DNA from: Felis catus
Taxonomy: Eukaryota
NCBI RefSeq assembly: GCF_018350175.1
Contig: NC_058368.1
Location: forward strand, 232,068,001 to 232,132,000
Direction of reading: 5' to 3'
Length of the DNA: 64,000 nt
Below are positions 53,232-64,000 of this stretch, piece after piece (within the stretch, counting starts at the first letter, position 1; every line of letters starts with the position of its first letter). The notes under the pieces were generated by a model that saw nothing but the letters and a program-made list of their open reading frames with translations, had not been told where the DNA came from and ran no database searches. The position numbers were made by a program, and so were the translations under genes.

Positions 53232-55781
53232 TGATTATATGAAAACAGACTGGAATGGGTTAGCTGTCCATCCAATTGGCTGTGACCAGGAGGCAGACCA
53301 CAATAAGACTATGTCTTTTGGGGCCACTCCTTGGAGGGGTGCTTTTCAGGCAGCGAGCATGTTGAGCTGAGGAGAGGATCACAGATGTCTGCTGTGTCGC
53401 CCAAGGCAGTTGGCAAGAATTCAGAATCAGGCAGCACAGAAGGATTGCTGAGATTATTAACATACTGGATTGAGGGATGGAAGGGCAGGGTGAGCTCCAG
53501 ATTCTACGGCAAATATAGCTATCAATAAAATGATAGGAAAACCCATTTTGCATAGTGCATGTATTTGGTAAATCAGTGCTTTAAACATTGTAACGATTTG
53601 AAAATTTGACTTTGTTGGCCCACTCAGGTGATGGCGACCCCCCTGCATGTAACTCACAGGTCTTCATATACAGCCTCGTAAGAAATCTTGCGATTTCTTT
53701 TTATTATAACATTACAGATGGAATTGTAGGGCTTTAATTTATCATTTGTATTTGGTCGAAGTGGTGGAACAGAACCCTAGTGTTCCTGAAAGCTTTATGC
53801 AAAGCGATCGGTACTTTTCGTGCAGCTCCATTGACGAGGTACCTCAATTCTTGCCTCAATTTCTTGGAAGCATCCATATTATTTGACGGTATTTCTTCTG
53901 TTCCCCACGAAGCAGCTTCCAGCAGAGTGCTGGGGTCAAGGCTCATTGTAGCATGCCACCTCCACGGGGGAGAAGGTTGCTCTGGAACCCCCCTGGGAAT
54001 GTGCTCTTCCCCAACTTCCGCTCTCCTGAACCGCTGTTTGGCAGAGGGATGGATCAGCCTCCGGAAACAGCTCTCGTGGAAACTTGTGAGCTGATGTGGA
54101 AGTTTCACTTAGAGAAGAACCAAGCCCGGTTGCTTTGGGGTCTCATGACTCATGACTTTAACCAGGGCAACTACAGTTTGAATTAAACGATGTGTTTAAT
54201 TTGGATGTTAGTACGTCGAGAGACTAAGTCAAGAGTTCCTTGTTAATCCCGGGCTCCTTTGGGGAGGAAGGGCTCCGGGCCCTTTCTGGCCTTTCAGGCT
54301 GACTCACAGAGACACAGTCTTGGCTGGTTCCCAGAGCAGAGGCTGATGCCCAGAGTTGCCTGCAAGCGGGTTTGCAGAAGGAAACGCCACACCGCGGAGT
54401 TAGGTCAGTTTCCTGAAATGCAAGCATTTCGTGGGCGGGACCACTTTCTAACAAGAAATGTCCAATATCCTTGCTAGAGTAGAAGGTATCCTAGACAGTG
54501 GATGGAAGGAAGCAGCACCCGCAGTGATGTGTACGTGGTTCCAGTCGGAGAGAGGGGACTGGAAACGTGTCGGAGGCGTGAGGGATTTAGCACGCACTAC
54601 AGATGTTCTCTCTCATTTCCTCTACTTTGGTGTTATTATTAGAACAGAAGGCTTTGGGGGTTGTCCTGCTGGGCCCACTGCCCCAGACTGGCAGGGTTTA
54701 TCTGGCTGGCCAAGGGGGTGCCCGCCTCCGGTGCTACTGTCACTTTTCCCAGGGCTGGGGTCTGGCTGTGAAGACTCTCCTTCCCTCCCCCAGGGCCAGG
54801 GTAGAACTGTAATTGAAGCAATGTGCCGCCGATTGGCGCAAGGAGAGCTATTTATTAAAGCGTATCCGTCTTATGCTGGGTAGGCTTCTTCCAGCTGAAA
54901 ACTGCAAGAACAAATAAGAAAGCTGTTGCTCATTTTACGCAAAAACACTCTAGGCAGACACTAGCTCATGATTTCCATTTGCGGCTCCCTCAAAATTTTA
55001 CCCTATGAAAGAGTTCTTGAGTGAGAAAATAAAGAAGAAAAAAATTCCATCGCTGGTGACTGTTAAAAATAATTGATAAATTGCGTTGGATTTGAATCAG
55101 CCCAATCTGTCATAAAAACGGAATGGAAGTAATTATATTCTCTCGTCTTTTCCTTATTCGCTGGCTCATTGTTAACTCCCACATGGCCGGTTTCTCTACA
55201 TAATTCATTCCGGATGTGTCTATGTTGATACTTTTCAGGCAAGCAAACCTAGGTTTGAGTTTACATTATGAAAATGAAGATCTTTTGCTTTCCCCATGTC
55301 CCTATTCGTTTCTTTCAGAATTCTGTATTAGCTACTGTTTTATAGTCCTCTGAAAATTATTGCATTGCTGGATATTCATTACAATGTGCTTTCATTTGGA
55401 ATTGGAGCATTCAATCAGGAAAACATATTTGATACAGGCAAATTGATTATACATTTATTTTTAGTAAAACCATGGATCATGTGCACTGAGGTGCGTAGTG
55501 ATTAATTCCGTGCACCCCATGTTCTGTGTTAGGTACTATGACCGTGAAGATGAAGTGAAGTTTGAGCATTCTTCAGACAAGTAAGAAAGAGCTGGGGGAA
55601 CCACACGGGGGCAGTCACTGGAGAGAGGGGGGCATGGCTGAGGTAACGTGTGCTCTGTGGGACAATGAGCATGCTTAGGGCAGCGCCTACAACTCCCTAA
55701 CTGGCCTGTGTTGGGGGATTTGGTTAAGGATAAGTTACCAGGGGCAAGCTGAAAAATCACTTAGCTTTCCCAACCAGGCAG

Positions 55782-56393
55782 TGTGGGAGACAGAATACCA
55801 ACATGGTCCCCAGGATGCTGCCTCCTGGTGGACATGCCCTGTCTAATCCTCTGTTGTTGAGTGTGGGCAGAACTGGTGATAAGATGGGATTCACTTCCGC
55901 GATGAGGTTACCTTAGGGGACAGAAGTAAAGGGACTTTGCAGGTGTAATTAAGAACACTAATGCGTGGAGTATAAGTTCACCAAAGCCCGAGATTATTCT
56001 AGGGGACTTGACCTAATCGTATGGATGCTTAGAAGAGACCCTCGGCAGGAAAAGATGCTGTGCTGTTGATTTTGGAGAAGCGAATTTTCAAGTTGTGGAG
56101 AGGGCCACATGGCGGAGACTGATGAGCAGCTCCTAGGAGCAGAGCGCCCCAGTCCCAAAGCCACCAAGAGCTGAATTTTGCCACAACCAGTGAGTTGGGA
56201 AGAGGATTCTGAGCCTCAAAAGAGATCTCCATCTTAGCCAACACCTTGACTTCAGGCTGGTGAGCTCCTTAAGAGAGGACCCAGCCGATGTACAACTGGA
56301 CTCCTGACCCAAGAGAACTGTGAGCTAACATGTAGGTATTGCTGTAAGCCTTCAAGTTCATAGCAACTTGTTAGAATGCAGTAGAAAACCGAA
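55782..56393 (+). mobile_element. MLT1 (E/F-like) solo LTR
   Basis: tgtgggagacagaat...gggactttgcaggtgtaattaag...gagggccacatggc...gccaacaccttgacttcag...aactgtgag...gcagtagaaaacc. Confidence 0.8.
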
Positions 56394-56400
56394 GGGGGAA

Positions 56401-56918
56401 CACGTTAGGTTTCTGTTGCTGCTGTAACAAATTGCTGTGTACTTACTGGCTTAAAACAACGTAAATTTGTTACCTTACCCTTCTGGATATCACAAGTTCA
56501 AAATGGGTCTCACTGGGCTAAAATGAAGGTATTGGCAAGTCTGTGTTCCTTTTGGAGGTTCTAGGGGAAAGTCTGTCTCCTTGCCATTTTCAGCTTCATG
56601 AGGCCACCTGCACTGCATGGCTCCTGGCCCCCTTCCATCTTCAAAGATAGCAATTTCATCACGCATCCATCTGACCTCTGCTCTCCTCATCACATCTCCT
56701 TTTCTTTCTCAGACTCTCCTGCCTTCCCCTTTCACTTATAAGGACCCTTGAGATGACATCGGACTCACGGGGTAACCCAGGGTAATCTCCCCATCTCAAG
56801 GTCAACTGATTAGCAACCTTAATTTCGTCTGCCACCTAAATTCCTCCTGTGCCAGGTAACATAATGTGGTCACTGGATCCACGGGTTAGGACACGGATAC
56901 CTCTATTCTGCCTCCCGC
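56401..56918 (-). mobile_element. MLT1 (D-like) solo LTR
   Basis: gttaggtttctgttgctgctgtaacaaattgc...ggtctcactgggctaaaat...ggaggttctaggggaa...aatctccccatctcaaggtca. Confidence 0.82.
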
Positions 56919-56979
56919 TAGGATTTCAGGTTTTATGCTTTGGAATGGGAAGGCACATGGTGACATGATAGAATGTGTA

Positions 56980-57197
56980 TTTTATTTTTTAACTTTAATT
57001 TTAATTATTTTATTTTAGAGAGAGAGAGAGAGAGACAGAGAGCGTAAGTGGGGGAGAGAAGCAGAGGGAGAGAATCTCAAGCAAGTTCCACACTCTGTGC
57101 AGAGCCTGGTGCGGGGCTCGATCCCACGACCGTGATATCATGGTCTGAGCCTAAATCAAGAGTTGGCTGCCCAAAGACTGAGCCACCCAGGCACCCC
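56980..57197 (-). mobile_element. Older Can-SINE
   Basis: ...gactgagccacccaggcacccc head; (GA)n; T-rich tail. Confidence 0.9.
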
Positions 57198-58154
57198 AAA
57201 GGGATGTATATTTTAGCAAGGCCATTCTGATGACATGGCAGTTGGTCTGGTTAGAAATCCCTTTCTCTATGTGGTCAAATATGACTTCCAGGAAATGGAT
57301 AATACCTCAGTGTACCTATGCCACTTAAGATTCCACTGTTCCTTTTCTTATATTCTACTTCTGGCATTAAACGAATTCAGTGGATTTCAGTATAAATAAG
57401 TCCTGTGTCCTGTTCATTTTCCTTAGTATCCATTTCACAGGGAGGAGGAGAGTATCATTTTGTGCATGTGTGTTTGATGGAAAGTTTTGGGACAAAGCCG
57501 TCACTGCTTGTCCAGCTACTGCCTTCACGAGGTCCTGGGCCTCTTCCCCTCCATTACTGAAAACCTGAGGGACAGATTCGAGGCCCCCTGACGGCATGTC
57601 CAGAGTCCCCACTGCTTGTGTCTATTCTGGCTGCTCATTTTTCCAGTTTTTACTTCCTCTTTGCTTCATTTTTCTTACTCACTTTTCTTCCTTCCTTTCC
57701 TTTCCTTTTCTTTTTTCTTTTCTCTATTTGTTGGGTCTTCATCATTTTATTTGTAGTCATTATTTTTGAAATATGTGTTCGACATTAATCAGTCTGCTCC
57801 AGAGAGTGAACCTTGTTTGACCTGAATTTCAGTGATGCCCTTGTGTTGCAGTGGGAAGGAAATGAGACATGAGCCAACCAACTCCCCTTTTCCTTGACAG
57901 TCCCCTGTATTCCTGGGACATGTCATGACCTGACAGATGTCAAACAGCTGTCTCTGTCCTGTCGGGGACAGCAGTATTTCTTGGTCTCTTTCAGGCAGGT
58001 TTCATGGTTCTGTTTACCTTATCTGTTTGGTGATCTGGAAGGCTGTGATCTGTAAGAATCCGGATAGTTCTCAGTATCCCTCCACTCTGTCAATCAGTAA
58101 ATCGATAAAGTCAATAAAATAAGATGGATGTAAGATTAGCTTTTCATATAACGG

Positions 58155-58395
58155 AGGGTTTTTCAAGTTTGCTGTAGTAGACATTGGGGGCTGGATAATT
58201 CTCCATTGTGGGACTGGTCTATACATTCATTCTAAGATGTTGGGCAACATCCCCAGCCTCCACCCATCAGATGCCAGCAGTACCCCCCCTGCCCCCCGCC
58301 ACCCCTCGGCAGTGGGGAAACCAAAAATTTTCTGTGGACATTGCCAAATGTCCCTTGGTGGAGGACATTTCATCCCCAGTTGGAGTCACGACTGT
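58155..58395. mobile_element. MER20-like hAT element
   Basis: gacattgggggctggataattct...gcaacatccccagcctccacccatcagatgccagcagta...gacattgccaaatgtccc. Confidence 0.78.
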
Positions 58396-58554
58396 AAACA
58401 TATACTGAGAATGGTCGGGAAAATCTTTTTTGGACAGAATCTGTTCAGTACAATAATTGTCTGTTTCTTTTGAGTTTTGTTGACTTTACCGGTCTACCAA
58501 AATCATGACACATTAGAAATTAAAATTTGAGAATCCATCTTATTTCAGTCGTAT

Positions 58555-58690
58555 TAGTTTATTAGTTTCCTCATCTATAAAATGGGGATGACCGTGGTAC
58601 CTGTCTCGCAGATTATTGTGAGGCTTCTATGACACACACAAAGTGGCTTTTATTGTGCCTAGAAGCTCTCAGTTCATGTTAGCTAACAGC
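58555..58690 (+). mobile_element. MIR core remnant
   Basis: agtttcctcatctataaaatggggatgacc...tacct...attgtgagg. Confidence 0.7.
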
Positions 58691-59142
58691 AAAGACCTGG
58701 GTTAGGTTGACGAAGAGATTTTAAATGATATAAACACAGACACGCATGCTCTTCATTCATTTATTTATTTATAGACAACTTCACTTTTCCTAGTATCTTC
58801 TTTCTAACGGAAGTTCCAGACAAGACCAACGTTGCCTAATGTTGGCTTGGAGAAATCTCCTTTCTATCAGACTGGAATGAGTCCAGGCTGATGTTCTCTA
58901 GGTACTCACTGAGATCCACGGCAGGCAGCCCTTGGGCCACACTGAGAAGGTGTTCCCAAAGGGAATCCCGTGCATCTGACCAGCCACGGCTTCCACCTTG
59001 TCATGGCCACCTCTCACACTCTCTGTTCTGGCCGGAGTCTAGAGACATATTATTACTTCAGATTAACTTGTAAAATCTTACTCAGGTTTCTGGCCATTGA
59101 TTTCTCAAGATTTTCCCTTCCCGTATACATTTGTGAAGTTAC

Positions 59143-59693
59143 TGTGTTGGCGTTGGTAGGGGGTGGCCTTCAAGACTACCCGGGTTCCATACTTCTCCAG
59201 AGGGATTCATAAGACTCCACAAATGGTTGTGCTCGTGGCTGTGTTTTCTTATGGTGAAGCCTATGAAGCCACATCCGCAGAAGGAAAAGGCACCTGAGGG
59301 GACATCCAGAGGCAGGTATAAATTTCCAAGAGTCTTGTCACAGGGGGGTCACAGAGGATGAACTTCATTCCTCCAGCAACAAATCATAACGACACATGTG
59401 TGGTGCTCTCTACCAGGGAAATTCATTGGACTCAGCGCCCGTGGTTTTTAGTGAGGGCAGGTCACATAGGTGCCCTCTGCCTGGAACCTTCTAAAATTCC
59501 AGACTTCTTGAAGCAAAGCAAGTTTCAGCATAAAGCTCCTTGTTACATAAGTAGTTTAGGCATAGCGAGCCGTTCATAATGGAGAATGGTAGAAACCCTC
59601 CTGAAATCCACGCTCCCAATACCAACTCAAGGCCAACTTTGCAAGCAGGCCCTTTTAAGTCCCAGGCCTGCTATGGGGACTCTTTTCTGTGCG
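59143..59693. mobile_element. MER21-like LTR
   Basis: ttcctccagcaac...ctaccagggaa...ggtcacataggtgccctctgcct...aaaattccagact...aggccaactttgcaagcaggccc...ctcttttctgtgc agrees with recalled MER21B/C consensus. Confidence 0.75.
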
Positions 59694-60294
59694 GTCACTA
59701 AAGGGGGCTCATTATCAGATGGGGCTTAATAACACTGGTTTTCTGGGTCAGAAAAGACCCCTAGAACTAATACTTACTTTTTAAACCATTATAATTTTGT
59801 AGTGTATAAGTAGAAGTCAATGGTGTAACTGAGAAATCCTATACACTTTTAACAGAAACCTTAAGATGAGTGCTTATCATACAGAATCTTACATTCTACA
59901 TTTTATGCTTTTTTTTGCTACCATTTCACAAATAATTATAATGGAAATGTTTCTATTCTATTTTAGTGCCAACAAGAGTATTTTCATCAGTATTATCTCT
60001 TTGGAACTTTATGTCACCAGTTTTTGGTAATTAGGACATTATTTTTTTTCCATATTTCCAGAAGAGCAAACTAAGTCAGGTTAGGTGATTGGCTAAGGGT
60101 TGCATAACGAATAACAGCAAAGCCAGAACACAAATACTGTATTTGTGTTCTTTTATGGATTCCACAGTCATGTCGAGTGTCTTGTTACTGAGTCGGGTAA
60201 GAGTCACAGCTCTGACATAAGAGGTTGTTAGTGGCATTTATATCTATTTTTATTGCTTCCATGCCTACAACAGATAGTATTAAACTCTCGTGGG

Positions 60295-60358
60295 TTTTTT
60301 TTAACTTTTTTAATGTTTATTCATTTTTGAGACAGAGACAGAGCGTGAGCAGGGGAGG

Positions 60359-60408
<50 letters not shown>

Positions 60409-60539
60409 AAGAATCCGAAACAGGCTCCAGGCTCTGAGCTGTCAGCCCAGAGCCCGATGCGGGGCTCGAACCCACAAACAGTGAGATCGTGACCTGAGCC
60501 CAAGTCGGACGTTTAACCGGCTAAGCCACCCAGGTGCCC
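60295..60539 (-). mobile_element. Can-SINE with (GA)n expansion
   Basis: Degenerate TSD attaaac(t/c)ctcgt. Confidence 0.93.
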
Positions 60540-62329
60540 TGGATTAAACCCTCGTTTATATGTTATCTACTTGGCTAGCCCCCTGTCCTCCATCTGCCAC
60601 CATGCTGTCCCTGATTGAGGCTGGGATTCTAGTCTGAGTAATTTGTTGCAGGTGGGGACTTTGGGTGACTCAGTGCAATAACAGATTAGAGGCACGAGGC
60701 TCTCGGCTTTCCAACCAACAGTTACTCTGTCAGTACAGTACAGTCTTCTCCCCATATGGCCTTCTGTGATGACTCCAAGGGATGCACTTCTGGTAGTTTC
60801 TATAGTCTAAAGACCTGATCTTACAACCCAGAGTGGGGGGGGGGGGGGGATGTGGGATGTGTTTTTACTTAGTCTTGGAAGATAACGGTATGATGCAAGT
60901 GTCGTATTCTTTCTAGCCTTATTTTTCATGAAACTGTCATCATTTCTAAAACAAATTGAAATACACCTCTTTCAAAAATAAATTAGGATGTTTAAAACAG
61001 AGATAAATATAATTTATCCCCAAATTATGAAGCAATTACAAATCAAACAGTTGGTGCTGATTAATTATCTCTATGCAAGGTAGCGTTTTAAAAATTCATG
61101 ATAAATTGCAGCAATCTGTTAAAGTGTTGAAGGTGATTATTTATAAAGTGCGACGTAAATGAAATTTGTCACAGCGGAAGGAAAATAAATTCTTTATTAA
61201 CATCCAATTATCTCTTTCTCTCACTTCTGGATTCAATATGTTTTACCTCTACATCAACTCGCACTGCTCCAGGACAATAGTATTTATTAAGGTGGCATTT
61301 TTAATGCCATTATCATTCAGTTTTTTTTCTTTTACATCCGTATCAATGTCATCACATTACCAGCAAATTCCAGACTTGATTGCAAGAAAAAAAAAAAAAA
61401 AAGCATGCAAAAATAAACTTTCTGTTTCCTCCCCTGAGAGCAGCTTCCACAGCCCCGTTTTCTGGGTTTTTCTCAATGAACAGGTGGGTGGTCTCATCAC
61501 TGTTTGTTGTGGGTCATCCTTCCAGACTGAATTGCTGACCGTGAACATCCTCCACACACAGGAAATGTTTTGCAAGTTCATTCTCTAGGTTTTGAATCTC
61601 AGCCTGTCTCAGTATTTTTTTGTCGATGATTCAGGGTACGATGTAAAGGATATGCTAAAAATATTTGTGGGTAGTCCCAAGTGAATTAGTTGACTGACAG
61701 TTTTAGCGTCTGTTGGTTCTATACAGATGAAATCTACCAATATAATATTTCCAAGGGCAAAACAATAAGCTCTACAATTGAAGCGAAATCCACCAGCAAT
61801 AAAAACCAACAAAAGCCAACTATGGTAATCAAGATGGGAAATAGCAGAGATGTTTCAGAAAACACAAGGCAAGAGATTTCAGTGGCTCTAAAAAAAGTAA
61901 TCATTTTTCATTAGGTAAGTGTGCAATATCATGGTACCGAATGTGATGCTTTAGCCTCCTTCTAATCAACCCTATCATGTCCCAAGTATTATACGTGTTT
62001 TTGGAAACTACACTTTAAAATGAATTTTTATTGTGGAACATTGCAGATATAGACAAGGGTAAAGAAAATTCTATGAAACTCTACGTATTCAGCAGTCGGT
62101 TAAAAAAGGTGCCAATCTTTTTGCAAATCTTGTTTCTGTTCCCTTATCCACTTCCCCCATGCCTGTCCCAGCCCCAGATGATAATGAAGGAGATCTCAGA
62201 AAACAGGTCCTATATCGTCTTTCAGTATTTAAGTTGAATTCTGTACTTTTGAGTTATAGGCAATCATAAAGAAGAGGAAAGAGGCCAGAATAGTCGGAAC
62301 AATCAGATGCCATATTGTCCGAGACACAA

Positions 62330-62720
62330 GATGAAGAACTTGGATACATTGGTCTAGAGAGGGGAAGACCCAGGGGGACAATTTAGGGGCTCATAACCAA
62401 GAGAGGTACAACAATGTGGAAGAAGGCAAAGGATTTATCTTGGTGTCTCCAAGGCATAGAACCAGAACTAACGGGTAAAAGCTGTGGGATGATAGATGTT
62501 AGCTCAGTTTAAGAAAGAACTTCCTGCACTCAAGCGGGCCAGAGACTCCATGGATGGCGCCCAAAATTGGTGTTTTCCACCAACCAGGTTTATCAAGCAG
62601 ACAGAGCCACAGCTCTGGCAGATAGAGGGTGTTTAGGTGAGATTTGGTGTCACGTGGGTCTCTCCAAACCAAAGAGCCCCTGTGAGGTGTGGTTGGATTC
62701 TCAGTTCACCCTTTGTTTGG
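62330..62720 (+). mobile_element. CR1/L3 LINE remnant
   Basis: ctagagagggg...atgtggaagaagg...gatttatc...agaaccagaactaacgggtaaaagc...agatgttagctcagtttaagaaagaacttcct resembles L3. Confidence 0.55.
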
Positions 62721-62934
62721 ATGAAATAAGAATCGAATCTTTTCTGAGTATGAAAGCCAGATCAGAGCTTCATCCGCTATTTGTAGTTGAAACATGTAGG
62801 TCCAGGGACAGATCCCAGGGTTTTGAGCCAGCAACTTGGGACTCCATCCTGATTCTGCCACTTTCTAGCTGGGTACAACTCAGTGAGGCATTCACCTTCT
62901 GTCTGCACCCGAGGCTCCTAATCTGTAAAATGGG

Positions 62935-63179
62935 TTTTTGTTTTGTTTTGTTTTTTTAATTTTTTTTGTTTTTTTTCAACGTTTATTTATTTTGGGGACA
63001 GAGAGAGACAGAGCATGAACGGGGGAGGGGCAGAGAGAGAGGGAGACACAGAATCGGAAACAGGCTCCAGGCTCTGAGCCATCAGCCCAGAGCCTGACGC
63101 GGGGCTCGAACTCACGGACCGCGAGATCGTGACCTGGCTGAAGTCGGACGCTTAACCGACTGCGCCACCCAGGCGCCCC
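62935..63179 (-). mobile_element. Young SINEC_Fc-type SINE inserted into a MIR remnant
   Basis: TSD aaaatggg(g)ttttt; MIR core (atctgtaaaatggg) immediately to the left. Confidence 0.95.
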
Positions 63180-64000
63180 AAAATGGGGTTTTTAAGAAGT
63201 TTTCTGAGAATTACATAAGGGGCCATAATTGAAGTCTCTTTTCTTTATTCTGCAGTCTGTTGGATGCTTGGGAGTGTTTAAATTTACTGTTCCAATGTCC
63301 AGAGCTTCCCAAACATCCATGTGAATATTGTATTAATGCGGTTGTATTCATATTAATTTGTTCAGCCGTATTACTGGGGGTATGATGATGAGATGTACAT
63401 GATCTTTCCAGAGGAGGCTAGAATTTGGTGGACATTCTGGGCTAGGTCAAATTCTCTTCATTACTTTGGAGAAATCAGGATATTCTTAATTTCACCATGC
63501 TTGTGTCCTCCCGTCCAAAGAGAATGGCTCCAATCATCCCATTGCTATAATCTTCCCCCATTCTTTCTCATAGGGACAGGGAGAGGTTGTTTTAAAGATA
63601 AAATATGTTTTTTCTAGTGTAACCTCAAGGGACCTGATAAAAGTTTCCACTGCAGCCAAAAATTACACTAAACAACAACGGCTTATTTAACCAAGCATTA
63701 CATCATTATATTGACAGAGACCGTAAATGTGAAACAGTCGTTTAGGGAATCATAGCCTTCTAGAGGTTGTCACACATAACAGGATGCCCCCCCCCCAATC
63801 AGGTTTCTCTTCATCTCCTTTATTAATAGTATTTACGAGTGGAAGTTGGCCAGTGGATTCTATTTATGGGATACCTGGAAAGTACAGAAACACTCTTGTG
63901 CTTTGGACGTGCCCTGGCTAACCGACGTGTCACGTTATCTGAAACATCAAAACGAAACCCAAAACCGTGGACAAGAATGTTTTCTCCTTGGAAACATCAA

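Noticed and set aside
63941..64000. gaaacatcaa repeated at 50-bp spacing at the window edge
   Set aside because: Only 10 bp and cut by the boundary; cannot be distinguished from chance.

Overview
Mammalian (felid) genomic DNA, judged from abundant tRNA-derived Can-SINEs of the feline SINEC_Fc type and carnivore/felid L1 3' ends. The window lies inside the semaphorin-5A gene (SEMA5A) on the + strand. Only two short coding exons are present: 1400-1499 (100 nt) and 17486-17531 (46 nt). They splice in frame to (E)IGPWLREFRAKNAVDFSQLTFDPGQKELVVGARNYLFRLQLEDLSLIQ, the start of the Sema domain. The rest is intron (a 15,986-nt intron, then over 46 kb of the next) containing about 22 Can-SINEs (many with readable target-site duplications), several L1 fragments, MaLR/ERVL LTRs, hAT MER elements, MIR/L2/CR1 remnants and microsatellites. 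None of the long ORF-track entries is a credible independent gene, and I found no evidence of a novel multi-gene system. The most notable oddities are a SINE dimer sharing one TSD, a 5'-inverted L1, a 59-bp non-repeat duplication, a promoter-like motif cluster upstream of the second exon, and closely spaced inverted repeats that could form dsRNA in the pre-mRNA. Repeat family names are from recalled consensus sequences, not a database search; boundaries of old elements are approximate.
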